Source: Thermodesulfovibrionales bacterium
GTDB taxonomy: Bacteria > Nitrospirota > Thermodesulfovibrionia > Thermodesulfovibrionales > SM23-35
DNA: 39,883 bases
Reading direction: 5' to 3'
Assembly (NCBI GenBank): GCA_049700155.1
Contig: JBNAVX010000022.1
Location: forward strand, 1-39,883
A program made the position numbers and the translations under genes. Below the pieces are notes generated by a model. The model had not been told where the DNA came from. It searched no databases and was given only the letters and a program-made list of their open reading frames with translations. Below, piece by piece: positions 7,091 to 16,965 of the stretch (its first letter is position 1; each line of letters opens with the position of its first letter).

Positions 7091-8023
7091 TTATTTTGGA
7101 ATGGCTAACTTATAAATATCTTTTGTTGACAACCCATCCATAATCAAGCAAAGTTCAGCCAAGTTAGCAAATTTTTGAGTAGATAGGCCTTTTTGTTTTT
7201 CCACGATTTTATCTATCTCTGTTATGTAATCATCTCTTATAGGGCTTATTGCTGGAGCAGGAAAGTTCGTTTCAGAGATAACTACTATTCCCTCTATTGC
7301 CTCTATATGTGGAAGTCGTGTAGATGTCATCGCACCGTCTGTTCTCACAAATGTCGCTTTATATGCATTAAGAGCTAACTGATAACGATTCTTTCTTCCG
7401 GCGTCATCTATTGCATAACTGTAGTCAACTTCATTTAGACCGATCCTCCATGGCTGGAAAACCGAAACAATAGCATATATGCCTGAGCGCGTTGGCCTGT
7501 GGTAAATCATTTGTGCGGTAACTGCACCTTCTACTTTCTCTTCTTCTGCTTCTGATTCCTCTTTTGTTCTCCCAACCATAGAATGCCTCGCATGTAAATG
7601 GATATCTCTATGAGTTTTTTCTGGCAATCCAAGTGCCCAACCAAACTCTACAGTAGATGGTCTTGCAATAGTAGGCCTTTGAACTAAAAAACCATGAAGG
7701 TCACAGAGGGCACAAGACTTTATAGCCTCACTCATAGCCTTTGCCTCATTTAATTTATTACCACTTACCATGGGGTTCAAATCTGCTTTTTGTGGATGAA
7801 ATTTTTGACATGCTGCGCAAAACTGACTTTTATCTTCCTGTAATAGCCACACATTATAAGAATGAATATGTTTAAGCATCTCACCAGATATGCCATCGGT
7901 TTTTTCTCCACTTGCTAAAACAACAGTTCGAGGCTCTGTGACATTGCCAACAGTGCCCTCGTTATTTAATGAATGGAGATTCCATGTAACTCTACCTAAA
8001 ATTGCTATCTCAAAAATTGCCAT
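7091..8023 (-). CDS. cas7: Cas7 backbone subunit (DevR/Csa2 family)
   Basis: LHSLNNEG, DGISGEMLKH, CxxC...CxxCDLHGF and RPTRSGIYA motifs. Start set to ATG 8023, which has a strong SD upstream. Confidence 0.92.
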   Translation of the reverse strand: MAIFEIAILGRVTWNLHSLNNEGTVGNVTEPRTVVLASGEKTDGISGEMLKHIHSYNVWLLQEDKSQFCAACQKFHPQKADLNPMVSGNKLNEAKAMSEAIKSCALCDLHGFLVQRPTIARPSTVEFGWALGLPEKTHRDIHLHARHSMVGRTKEESEAEEEKVEGAVTAQMIYHRPTRSGIYAIVSVFQPWRIGLNEVDYSYAIDDAGRKNRYQLALNAYKATFVRTDGAMTSTRLPHIEAIEGIVVISETNFPAPAISPIRDDYITEIDKIVEKQKGLSTQKFANLAELCLIMDGLSTKDIYKLAIPK

Positions 8024-8048
8024 TTGATTCCTCCTCGTTAACAATCTT

Positions 8049-8459
8049 TTAAATAAATCCTTCTCTAATTAGAAAATCTTTTGCTTTTATAATCTTAATT
8101 CCTTCAAAAATACCTATATCAAGGAGATGATGATCACCAGAAATAATATAATCTGCCTTACCATCCAATGCACATTCAAGAAATATATTATCTGTGGGGT
8201 CATCCTTAACAATATTGATTTTGCTTTTTACTTCAACAAAATGTACAAATTTTCTCAGCGTGTTAACAATAGGAAGTATTTCAGCAGGAGTCAATCCGAA
8301 CTTAGAATAAGCCAAAACTCTTATAAATTCTGCTTCTATTTTCGTATTATAAAGAATGGCAAGTTTACCACTTTTTGCTAATTCAAGTATAGTTCTTGGG
8401 TAACCTTTCCAGAAAAAAGCTGAGATGGTAACATTGGTATCAAGGACTATGCGTTTCAA
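8049..8459 (-). CDS. PIN-domain (VapC-like) toxin
   Basis: IVLDTNV, E, DPTDNIFLECA and IISGDHHLL acidic active-site motifs; TTG start overlaps the upstream TGA. Confidence 0.9.
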   Translation of the reverse strand: MKRIVLDTNVTISAFFWKGYPRTILELAKSGKLAILYNTKIEAEFIRVLAYSKFGLTPAEILPIVNTLRKFVHFVEVKSKINIVKDDPTDNIFLECALDGKADYIISGDHHLLDIGIFEGIKIIKAKDFLIREGFI

Positions 8460-8680
8460 TAAAGACCTCGGGATTCATGTATTATCTTTTCGATATCTTC
8501 CTCTGTAAGTTTTGAGAATCCCTTTTCCTCTGCCAGAGCTTCTGTATAAGGATAGATATCAGCTTCTTCTATGGGAATCAGGATTACTTCATATATTTTG
8601 CCTGTCTCTTTGGCAAAATTCTCAGGTAAAGATAGATGACCATCGGGTAAAACCTTACCTATAAATTTTTTTGCTTGCAT
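8456..8680 (-). CDS. Putative antitoxin (AbrB-like N-terminus, acidic helical C-terminus)
   Basis: 74 aa with GKVLPDGHLSLPE and an acidic tail; has a GGAGG SD and is coupled to the PIN gene. Confidence 0.7.
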   Translation of the reverse strand: MQAKKFIGKVLPDGHLSLPENFAKETGKIYEVILIPIEEADIYPYTEALAEEKGFSKLTEEDIEKIIHESRGLY

Positions 8681-8693
8681 TGAGTTACCTCCT

Positions 8694-9017
8694 TTATTCT
8701 TCTTTCAAACCTCTAACAAGGGCATGGCTTATAAGCGCTGCCCGAACCAATCTTACACCATAATCACTTACTAACTTCATAAGTCTTTCTAAACTCTCTT
8801 CTGTTGGTCTTTTTAAATGCATTTGTCGAGCATGTGTCTCGTATCTGCGTAAAAATTTACGTAAAGCATCTGCAAAGTCTTCCTCTTTCTCAGCATTTTC
8901 CAATTCAATAAGAGATGCATAATCCTGGATTTCTTCCATTCTTAAAGCCTTACGCAATGTGCTTCCAAAGTCTTTTATAGCTTCATCAGAGTAAAGCATA
9001 GCTAAGCTATCTGACAT
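8694..9017 (-). CDS. cas11: Cascade small subunit (Cas11/Csa5-like)
   Basis: 107 aa, predicted all-helical, overlapping the cas8 stop and with a GGAGG SD. Assigned mainly by position. Confidence 0.7.
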   Translation of the reverse strand: MSDSLAMLYSDEAIKDFGSTLRKALRMEEIQDYASLIELENAEKEEDFADALRKFLRRYETHARQMHLKRPTEESLERLMKLVSDYGVRLVRAALISHALVRGLKEE

Positions 9018-10092
9018 AAGCTATCACCTCCTTTAAGGTATCATCACTATATAAATTTGCGGATTTAATCTCTTTTGGTTTTGATATATATTTAAGGAAT
9101 ATTTTTACATGTTTCTCGTAGGTTTCAATTGTCGGATTCATAACAAATTCTGTTATTGCCTCAGCTATATCCTCGCATCCCTGGATGCTTCCTTTTCTGA
9201 ATAGATAATTCCAGACCTCAAAAACCTTTTCTATATTAGGCTTTCCCGACAAAGCAAGTTCCATAAGTGGATAAAGGCTTAAATTGCCTCCTGCAGATGG
9301 CTTAAACTGTTGACCGCTTTGAACCATTGAGAAATAAAAAATACCAGAAAACCTGTCAGCAAATTGAGATTTTGATGCTGCCAGTTCTCGCATCTTTTCT
9401 GCAAGGACAACAGAAAAATGGGCAGCAGCATTCTGAACACTCAAATATTTAAGAGCAGTAGTGTATGTAGAGTTTGTAGAGTTCCTTATTTCTCTAAAAT
9501 TATTAAGTTCAATCCTTTGAGGTACAGGAAAGATTACAAAGTAGTCCCACTTATTACCTTGAGCTTTTTGAGCTTTGTATCTTCCAGAAACAGCACCGCC
9601 AAGACAGGCAAGTGCCCAGTTGTAAATATCGACCTTAGTCTGCCCTTCAGAGTAATCGCTTCTTGTTCTTCCTTTGAGTCCTTTAAAAGCTGACGGGTCA
9701 AGAGGTCCTGAAAGGGTTTCGCCCTTGTCTGAAGATATCTCAGGAAGGTTTGTAGGACTTTGAAAATCCTTGCTAATCTTTTCAGCGTCTTTGCTCAATA
9801 TATCTTTTACCTTTTTAACTTTCTTTGACCAGTTCTGTTTATCAGTAAGAAAGATCCTGCTCCATGTCCTGTCATCCGGGGATTCTTCAAATAGGGAATG
9901 CCATGCAGGGTCTTTAAGAAGTCTTTCGTGTGAAATATCTATTGAACCATGCTCAATTAGATAAAAACTTCCTGCATTATTTATAACAGGAGTTTCACCT
10001 TCGAGGCTTGCGTTGTCCAGTAACATAGCTAACCCATAAGCCCTGCAGAGATCAAAAATTTCAAGCCCGGTTTTAACTATGTAATATCGCAT
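9007..10092 (-). CDS. cas8: Cascade large subunit (Cas8a-like)
   Basis: N-terminal YYIVKTG...D...AYGLA pattern and position between cas3 and the small subunit. Start set to ATG 10092. Confidence 0.7.
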   Translation of the reverse strand: MRYYIVKTGLEIFDLCRAYGLAMLLDNASLEGETPVINNAGSFYLIEHGSIDISHERLLKDPAWHSLFEESPDDRTWSRIFLTDKQNWSKKVKKVKDILSKDAEKISKDFQSPTNLPEISSDKGETLSGPLDPSAFKGLKGRTRSDYSEGQTKVDIYNWALACLGGAVSGRYKAQKAQGNKWDYFVIFPVPQRIELNNFREIRNSTNSTYTTALKYLSVQNAAAHFSVVLAEKMRELAASKSQFADRFSGIFYFSMVQSGQQFKPSAGGNLSLYPLMELALSGKPNIEKVFEVWNYLFRKGSIQGCEDIAEAITEFVMNPTIETYEKHVKIFLKYISKPKEIKSANLYSDDTLKEVIAYVR

Positions 10093-12304
10093 CTTTTCCC
10101 CCAGTAGCAATTCTGTCAGAAAGCCTCAATGCCCTTGACAGGATGACATAGAGATTGTAACTCTTTTCTTTTTCAAAGGGGGGGGAATGACTGGAAAGAG
10201 ATGTTGGGGAATTTTGAACGACGAAGTTCTTCACTTCCTTCCAATCGAGTTTCATCCTTAATTCAGATAGCACTCCATCAACCTCATCAAACCACCCATC
10301 ACAGAGTTTATAATTCGGAACTTTTGTGGCTCTGACAGAATGGTGATGGGCTATGGCAAAGAAAGCAGCATCTCCAATAATATTACCCCATTCTTTTCTG
10401 AGATAATCTCTCAATATATATGCAGAAACCGTTGCATGTGGTGGAAGCTTAACCTTTTCCAGATTCCCGGAATGGGCAAGGAATTCTTTCGAAGATCCAA
10501 TTTTTTGCTGCCATTCCATTGTAAGCTTACCGAAGTCATGCATAGCAATAACAAATCTTAAAATGTCTAAAAGTTTATCTTTATCCATATTATATGCATG
10601 AGAGATTTTTGAGTAAACAAAATCTTCATCTGGAAGGATATATTTTTCAAATGCCTCTATGGTTTTTAATGCATGCTCTCTCCATGTTTCCAGAGGAATT
10701 TTATTAAATGATGAATCCATTGAGATTTGTTCCATTTCAAAAGGTTCAAGAGAGTCACCCTGTTTTCCTAAAATAAGACCAAAGTCTGGATTGTAAAATG
10801 CATAATCACTATGTATCACATAGAATCTGCTTGAAGCGACACTTTTCTCAGAGTAAATTAGAACTGCTTCTATTTTAGGATTGTAATCGTCATCCATATC
10901 TCTGTCTTGCTCGATAAGCCAGATTTTGGGGTTCTTTTCCTTAATAAATCTTTTCAAAGTGCCAGGATGTATCTTACATTTAGGAAGATTGAATACCTTA
11001 ATTCCAAGAGATTCAGGTTTATCGTGTATAGAAACCTCAACAGAGATAGCATCTCTGACCGCCTTTTCAGCAATGGCAGGCTTCCCCTCAAAAGCGCCTT
11101 TCGAAAGATACATCATAGCCTTAGCCCCGGCTTCTGGCTTAGCTAACTCCATGAATGGTTTTTCAAGAACTTCATCAACCATATTCTTTTCAAGTAGCCA
11201 TGTAAGTCGTTCATTCTTATATTTTTCAATAACTGTCTTTGTATTAGCGACAAGGTTCTTTTCGTAAGGTGCATGATGAGGGATATCAAAAACAATCACA
11301 TTACCTTCTCCTCCCCATCTGGCACATCTCCCAGCTCTTTGTATTAGGGCATCGATTGGTGCAAGTTCTGTAATGAGTAAATCACATGATATATCCATCC
11401 CAACTTCTATTACCTGTGTTGTAATAAGCAAAGCTTTATCTTTGCTATCTTTGCCGAAAAGTCTTTTTATATCGTCTTCTTTCTTCGCTCTATCATCATC
11501 CAAAAATCTTGAATGAATAAGAGTAGGTTTCGGTATTACTTTATCCCTCAATTCTGAAAACAGATTGATAGCCCTATCAACTGTATTGCAAACCGCAATA
11601 GTTCTGCCTGTGTGACTGTTGTGTAGTCTTAAAACTTCATTTGAAGAAAGTAGATCTTTAAGATTCTCTTTTAATATCACTTTTCTCTTAGTTCTGACAG
11701 GTATCGCATCTTCTTCGACATCTATTACATTAGTATTAAATCTTTCGGACAAAGAATATACAAATCTGGTTGGAAGGGTAGCAGACATAATAACAAATGG
11801 AATGCCAAGATTTTTCATTCTTTCAGCCAAAATCAAAGTACTCTGAAGTCCGAGCATTAGTTCAAAGGTATGAACTTCATCAAAAACAAGAAAGCTTGAT
11901 CCTATGGCACCTGCAGGAATATTGCCATGCCTTACTCCAAGAGACAAAGGAGCACAGGCATAAGATGTAATTGTCTGGTCAAGAGTTGCAACGATGCAGT
12001 CAGCATCAAATAAAAGACTTTCTGTTCTTTTGCCATGCTGAGCTCTTATATCGAGATGAGGAGCATAACCTTTAAATCTTTCATGCAATGAATTAACAAG
12101 TGCTCTCATCGGGAGAGAGTAAATCATTCTATGGGGAAGAAACTTACCTCTTAAATCCACAAAAGGCACAAATACTGCCTCGCTCTTCCCACTTCCTGTT
12201 GGTGCTCTAAGGATAGCCGACTGTCCGCTCTTAAGTGCCTTATAAGTTTCTATCTGGTGGGGATAAGGGTCATAGTCTGTGAGGGTTTTGAACTGCATAA
12301 TCAT
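10073..12304 (-). CDS. cas3: Cas3 with N-terminal SF2 helicase and C-terminal HD nuclease
   Basis: APTGSGKS, DEVH, SAT and QRAGRCAR helicase motifs, followed by EH, MHDFGK, PHA, HHH and SD HD-domain motifs. Confidence 0.93.
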   Translation of the reverse strand: MIMQFKTLTDYDPYPHQIETYKALKSGQSAILRAPTGSGKSEAVFVPFVDLRGKFLPHRMIYSLPMRALVNSLHERFKGYAPHLDIRAQHGKRTESLLFDADCIVATLDQTITSYACAPLSLGVRHGNIPAGAIGSSFLVFDEVHTFELMLGLQSTLILAERMKNLGIPFVIMSATLPTRFVYSLSERFNTNVIDVEEDAIPVRTKRKVILKENLKDLLSSNEVLRLHNSHTGRTIAVCNTVDRAINLFSELRDKVIPKPTLIHSRFLDDDRAKKEDDIKRLFGKDSKDKALLITTQVIEVGMDISCDLLITELAPIDALIQRAGRCARWGGEGNVIVFDIPHHAPYEKNLVANTKTVIEKYKNERLTWLLEKNMVDEVLEKPFMELAKPEAGAKAMMYLSKGAFEGKPAIAEKAVRDAISVEVSIHDKPESLGIKVFNLPKCKIHPGTLKRFIKEKNPKIWLIEQDRDMDDDYNPKIEAVLIYSEKSVASSRFYVIHSDYAFYNPDFGLILGKQGDSLEPFEMEQISMDSSFNKIPLETWREHALKTIEAFEKYILPDEDFVYSKISHAYNMDKDKLLDILRFVIAMHDFGKLTMEWQQKIGSSKEFLAHSGNLEKVKLPPHATVSAYILRDYLRKEWGNIIGDAAFFAIAHHHSVRATKVPNYKLCDGWFDEVDGVLSELRMKLDWKEVKNFVVQNSPTSLSSHSPPFEKEKSYNLYVILSRALRLSDRIATGGKDAILHS

Positions 12305-12356
12305 CTCCTCTTTCTAACTCCAGCCAATATTTAAAAAACTAAATAATTCATAGTGC

Positions 12357-13409
12357 CTATATTTTTTCCCATACCTTATCATGAAATTTAATTTTATTCT
12401 CTTTTTTCATATCTGATAAAGCCTTCTTGATTATGGATTCAGGTATATTTGCACACACATCTCTAAGCATAGAAATAGTAAATCTTTCAGGCAATCGGTC
12501 TATTTGTCTTCTTACTTCAAAGTAACTACCTCCTGTCAATGAAGGTGCTTCACCATATGTTTCTAATGCCTCTGCTATTTTTAATGGAGGGCTATCTTGT
12601 TCATGAGATCTTATGGCAGAAAAAAATCTCAAAACCCACTCATTAGCAAGTTTTCTGTTCCCAGCAAAAATAATATTGAGTTTCGGATGAAGGGCAAAGA
12701 TTTCTGCAATCGCTTTTGCAGCAAATGAAGGTTGATAGAATCTCAATTTCTCGGGCTTAAGGAAATCTGAATAATTAGCCTCTATAAGGAGGGCATTGTG
12801 CTCGTATGCCTCAAGTTCAGTAAGCTGCTGGTGAAAGGCTGGCATCCTTCCAAATTCAGAAATAATATTTTCATATGTTTTTCTTTCAATAACTGCAATA
12901 AGTCTATTTTCAACTTTCAGTGCATAATCACCTATTGGAAGTCTTCCCTTTTCTGTATAACAACCTGTGAACTTTAAGGGATATCTTTCATTCGTGTCAA
13001 TGACGATGTGAAGATCATATGTTTTATAAGTTGTGAGTTTTACCTTTGGCCTTCGTTCTCTTAAGGCTTGTTGTGTTCTCCAGAATATCTGTTCATATGA
13101 ACCTTCTCTGGTTTTGTATTGTTTTTCAAGAAAAAGAAAATCACATCTTTTATTTTTTGCTCTATCGAGAACAACAACGAGTCTTTTGCCATAGCGTCTT
13201 AGGGAAAGCACGGGTACTCTCTCTATTTCTTCTACAATCTCTGGCCACTGTCTCGATTCTTCCCTTATACAGAAGATCTGTCCTTTTGTACCTGGCCATC
13301 TATCTTGTACCCTCAGGCATAATATGTTGTCGTCACCTTTTTTAATACTCAGACGAAATGGAAATTTCTCATCCCTTGTAGACTCAATTATCCAGAGTGT
13401 TTTATTCAT
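12357..13409 (-). CDS. ERCC4 (XPF/Mus81-family) nuclease domain protein with C-terminal wHTH-like domain
   Basis: IVIDTNE, LPIGDY and VIERKT motifs. ATG 13409 overlaps the cas6 TGA (ATGA). Confidence 0.85.
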   Translation of the reverse strand: MNKTLWIIESTRDEKFPFRLSIKKGDDNILCLRVQDRWPGTKGQIFCIREESRQWPEIVEEIERVPVLSLRRYGKRLVVVLDRAKNKRCDFLFLEKQYKTREGSYEQIFWRTQQALRERRPKVKLTTYKTYDLHIVIDTNERYPLKFTGCYTEKGRLPIGDYALKVENRLIAVIERKTYENIISEFGRMPAFHQQLTELEAYEHNALLIEANYSDFLKPEKLRFYQPSFAAKAIAEIFALHPKLNIIFAGNRKLANEWVLRFFSAIRSHEQDSPPLKIAEALETYGEAPSLTGGSYFEVRRQIDRLPERFTISMLRDVCANIPESIIKKALSDMKKENKIKFHDKVWEKI

Positions 13410-14374
13410 CTCACTATCCTGTACCACCCGTTTCCAAAGACTACATCTTCTCCTACATGGACATATTCGCCCAAGACAATTAGTGGTAAAAACTCTTTCA
13501 AGTCTCCTTCAAAAGTAATATCACCGATAAATCCACTCTGATCATGATAAACAGGCTGTGTCCTGCTCTTACGTTTGATATCAAGCCACTTAAGATTTAC
13601 CTCCCTTGTCTTTATTTTCATTGCCCTCTCTGCTATACCTTTAAAATCCACATCAATTGGACCTCCACAATAAGTTGAAGAAAGTGCGTTAACCCTGTCT
13701 CTGAGCCTTCTGATGATATGGTGAAATTCTGGAACTCTTACTACTTTACTTTTACCTTTTTCTCCTGAAGGATTGTACCTAATCCTTGTTGGCGTGAGAA
13801 ACTTAAGAGTTATTTTTTGCCCATTTATTTTTCCTACATATCCCAGAATTTCTTTACCTGTCACAGTTTTCTGGACATTTTTGACTATATTAGATTGAGA
13901 ATCATAGATGGATTCAGGTGAAGAAGAGTAAAAAGGCAGTATACTTATATCTGTAAGTGTAAACCTTCCTCTGTTTAGACCTATGCCATACTTCCCGAGT
14001 TCTATCAGAGGCACTATCACATATGGAAGGTAATTTATCCTGTCACCTATTAGAACCATATCAAAAGAAAAAGGTCTTTCAGATGAATATACTACTTCTT
14101 TTTCAAGTGGTGGATTCAGGACAAAACCACGTGGCACATCGTGTAATCTCTTTGCAGGATTAATGCCTACGGGATTGAATATCGATATATAGGCACATTT
14201 GTCTTTTAATATGCATCCGCCACATTTTGACTCTTTATTAACACATACGAGTCTTTTTAAGGATGAGCCGAAAGCGCCTCTAAGGATATTACCTTTATTA
14301 AAGGCAGGCATCTGGATTATGTTTTCGGGAGTAAGAGTAAACCTGCAGTGAGCGAGTTTAAAATCTTCAAACAT
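13406..14374 (-). CDS. cas6: Cas6 pre-crRNA processing endoribonuclease
   Basis: GNILRGAFG, Cys cluster, FLTPTRI, GFIG and C-terminal G-loop HVGEDVVFGNG. Confidence 0.92.
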   Translation of the reverse strand: MFEDFKLAHCRFTLTPENIIQMPAFNKGNILRGAFGSSLKRLVCVNKESKCGGCILKDKCAYISIFNPVGINPAKRLHDVPRGFVLNPPLEKEVVYSSERPFSFDMVLIGDRINYLPYVIVPLIELGKYGIGLNRGRFTLTDISILPFYSSSPESIYDSQSNIVKNVQKTVTGKEILGYVGKINGQKITLKFLTPTRIRYNPSGEKGKSKVVRVPEFHHIIRRLRDRVNALSSTYCGGPIDVDFKGIAERAMKIKTREVNLKWLDIKRKSRTQPVYHDQSGFIGDITFEGDLKEFLPLIVLGEYVHVGEDVVFGNGWYRIVR

Positions 14375-14452
14375 ACATTCTGCTCATATATGTCAAAAAA
14401 TATTCAATTTTTCAGAAAGTGAGTGATATAGCTCGATTTCAGAAATTAATTT

Positions 14453-15607
14453 TTATTTCTTTGCGGTTTCTTTTATTAAAGCCTGTCCTATTACATTTCT
14501 CTGTATCTGATTTGTCCCTTCATAAATTTGTAGTATCTTTGCATCTCGCATCATCTTCTCTACAGGATATTCCCTCATATATCCTGAGCCACCCATAACC
14601 TGAACAGCATTTGTTGTTACACGCATCGCTACATCTGTCGCAAAGACCTTCGCGATTGCAGATTCTTTTGATATATCCTTTGCACCACTGTCAATATACC
14701 TCGCAACAGAATATACAAGGGCTCTTGCTGCCTCAATCTCTATTGCCATGTCAGCAAGCATATGTTGAACAGCCTGAAAACTGATTATAGGATGTCCAAA
14801 CTGAATGCGTTGTTTTGCAAACTTCATAGCCTCTTCAAAGGCACCCTGTGCTACTCCTACTCCCTGTGATCCAACACCTGTCCTTGAGTTATCAAGTGTT
14901 TTCATTGCTATGATAAACCCATATCCTTCTTTAGCAATAATGTTCTCTTTTGGTATCCTGCAGTTTTCGAATATCAATTCTCTTGTCGAAGATGCCCTTA
15001 TTCCCATCTTCTTTTCTTTTTTACCAAAAAGAAACCCTGGTGTGCCTTTTTCTACGATAAATGCAGAAGCACCTCTTGCCCCTTTTGTCTTATCTGTCAT
15101 AGCTATGACTGTATAGATCTCTGCTTCTCCTCCATTAGTAATCCACTGCTTTGTTCCATTCAAAACATATTCATTACCATCAAGTCTTGCTGTAGTCTGT
15201 ATACCCGCAGCATCACTTCCAGCATTAGCCTCTGTCAAAGCAAATGCAACAAGTCTCTTTCCTGCTGCAATATCTGGAAGATATTTTTTCTTCTGTTCTT
15301 CAGAACCAAAAAGCAATATTGGATATGTACCAAGCGCATTTGCTGCATATGTCGTTGACACCCCAAGACATGCCCTTGAAAGTTCCTCTACTGCTATACA
15401 TAACTCAAGACATCCTTTGCCAAGTCCACCATATTCTTCAGGGATGAAAAGGCCAAAAAGGTCTGACTTTGCAAGAACCTTCATAATCTCCCAGGGGAAT
15501 TCCTCCTTTTCATCAAGCTCACTTCTGACAGGTACAATTTTCTCATCTGCAATCTGCCTCGTAAGCTCTTTAATCATAATCTGGTCATCCGTTAAAAAGT
15601 AGTCCAT
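14453..15607 (-). CDS. Acyl-CoA dehydrogenase
   Basis: FALTEANAGSD, GTKQWITNG, QVMGGSGY and IYEGTNQIQR motifs. Confidence 0.95.
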   Translation of the reverse strand: MDYFLTDDQIMIKELTRQIADEKIVPVRSELDEKEEFPWEIMKVLAKSDLFGLFIPEEYGGLGKGCLELCIAVEELSRACLGVSTTYAANALGTYPILLFGSEEQKKKYLPDIAAGKRLVAFALTEANAGSDAAGIQTTARLDGNEYVLNGTKQWITNGGEAEIYTVIAMTDKTKGARGASAFIVEKGTPGFLFGKKEKKMGIRASSTRELIFENCRIPKENIIAKEGYGFIIAMKTLDNSRTGVGSQGVGVAQGAFEEAMKFAKQRIQFGHPIISFQAVQHMLADMAIEIEAARALVYSVARYIDSGAKDISKESAIAKVFATDVAMRVTTNAVQVMGGSGYMREYPVEKMMRDAKILQIYEGTNQIQRNVIGQALIKETAKK

Positions 15608-15627
15608 TGTTAATCCTCCATGATAAT

Positions 15628-16965
15628 TTATGCACTAATATCAATTGGTCCAAAGAGAATACTTGGGCTACCAATATTGCCAAAAAACCTGAAGTCATCT
15701 CCAAAGGCTTCTATATTGCAAAAAAAAGATAGTATGTTTCCTGAAATTACTGCTTCCTTTACGGGGAAAACTATTTCTCCTTTTTCGATCCAGATGCCTG
15801 AGACCCCAAAAGAGAATTCTCCGGAAATCGGATTTGCGGTATGAACTCCCATCGCCTCTGTTACGTATAGGCATTTATCCACTGCTTTGAAAATATCTTT
15901 GAGTGGAATGATATCAGTCCCTGAGATAGGCTCAATATACATATTAGATATTCCTACAGATGGAAGAGCAGAAAAGCCTCTTCTTACTGCATTGCCTGTT
16001 GATGAAACCCTGTCTTTATTTGCAGTATATGTATTGTAAAGATAACCCTGAAGGATGCCTTCACTGATAAGTGTTTTTTTTCTGCATGATACTCCTTCAT
16101 CATCAACAGGACTGCTACCGAGTTTACCCCGAAGAAGTCCATTATCTATAATGTTTACTTTAGGACTGATGACAGTTTTACCTAATTTACCAGAAAGAAG
16201 AGATTTCCCTTTCTGTACGTTCTCTGATGAGAGTAGTGATGCGAATATTCCAATAAATTCAGTAGATATTATGTTATCAAGAACGATATTTGCTTTCTGA
16301 GGACTCATCCTTTTTGAACCAAGAAGCTGTAAAGCCCTTCTTGAGGCATCTCTTCCTACATCTTCAAATGAGACTTCACCTAAAAATCTTGACCCTGAAA
16401 AAGACCATCCCATCTGTTTATCATTTCCAGCTTCTGCCATTACCATAACCTGAGCTGTGCATGTTGTAGCAGGATAGTGGCTGTCAACACCTTTTGAATT
16501 CTTTATGATGACTTCTGTTTGTGAAAAACTACCGCGTGCTTTTCTGATATTCTTTATCCTCGGATCTTCATCATATGCACACTCCTCAATGGTCATAACT
16601 TTTCTGACAGCTTCATCCTCACTTATTGAACTTATATCTGGATCAAATATATCAACCTTAGCTATCTCAGATGGAGCAGGTAATTCAAGGTTTTCATCTT
16701 TATCAACCCATTTTGCTGCTTCTACTGCCTTGGTAACTACAGATTCAATCTCAAAGATATCTGTAGAATAAGAAAAACCAAGTTTTTTGTCTTTTAATAC
16801 TCGTAAAGAATATCCTATGCTATTTGATGATTCAAAGGCATCTATCTTCTGGTCTTTTATTTCAATCGAGAGATTTTTTGAGGATTTTATATAAACTTCA
16901 ACTTCATCTGCACCTTTCTTCAGTGCAAGTTGCATAACACTTTCTGCAAGTTCTTTTTCATTCAT
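15628..16965 (-). CDS. TldD/PmbA family protein (PmbA/TldE-like)
   Basis: DDEG, STGNA, NPISGEFS and ISGN motifs; no HExxH. Start set to ATG 16965, overlapping the queD end. Confidence 0.88.
   Translation of the reverse strand: MNEKELAESVMQLALKKGADEVEVYIKSSKNLSIEIKDQKIDAFESSNSIGYSLRVLKDKKLGFSYSTDIFEIESVVTKAVEAAKWVDKDENLELPAPSEIAKVDIFDPDISSISEDEAVRKVMTIEECAYDEDPRIKNIRKARGSFSQTEVIIKNSKGVDSHYPATTCTAQVMVMAEAGNDKQMGWSFSGSRFLGEVSFEDVGRDASRRALQLLGSKRMSPQKANIVLDNIISTEFIGIFASLLSSENVQKGKSLLSGKLGKTVISPKVNIIDNGLLRGKLGSSPVDDEGVSCRKKTLISEGILQGYLYNTYTANKDRVSSTGNAVRRGFSALPSVGISNMYIEPISGTDIIPLKDIFKAVDKCLYVTEAMGVHTANPISGEFSFGVSGIWIEKGEIVFPVKEAVISGNILSFFCNIEAFGDDFRFFGNIGSPSILFGPIDISA

Noticed and set aside
12314-12329. 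Partial guide match upstream of cas3 (GCTGGA core)
   Set aside because: Positions 1, 2 and 5 mismatch and the match is too short to be significant.
14410-14445. TTTCAGAAA repeated twice upstream of cas6
   Set aside because: Short and AT-rich, and no well-spaced promoter could be assigned around it.
1-14452. CRISPR-associated transposon or mobile element carrying the cas island
   Set aside because: No transposase, integrase, tRNA or terminal repeats were seen, and Cas3 is intact.
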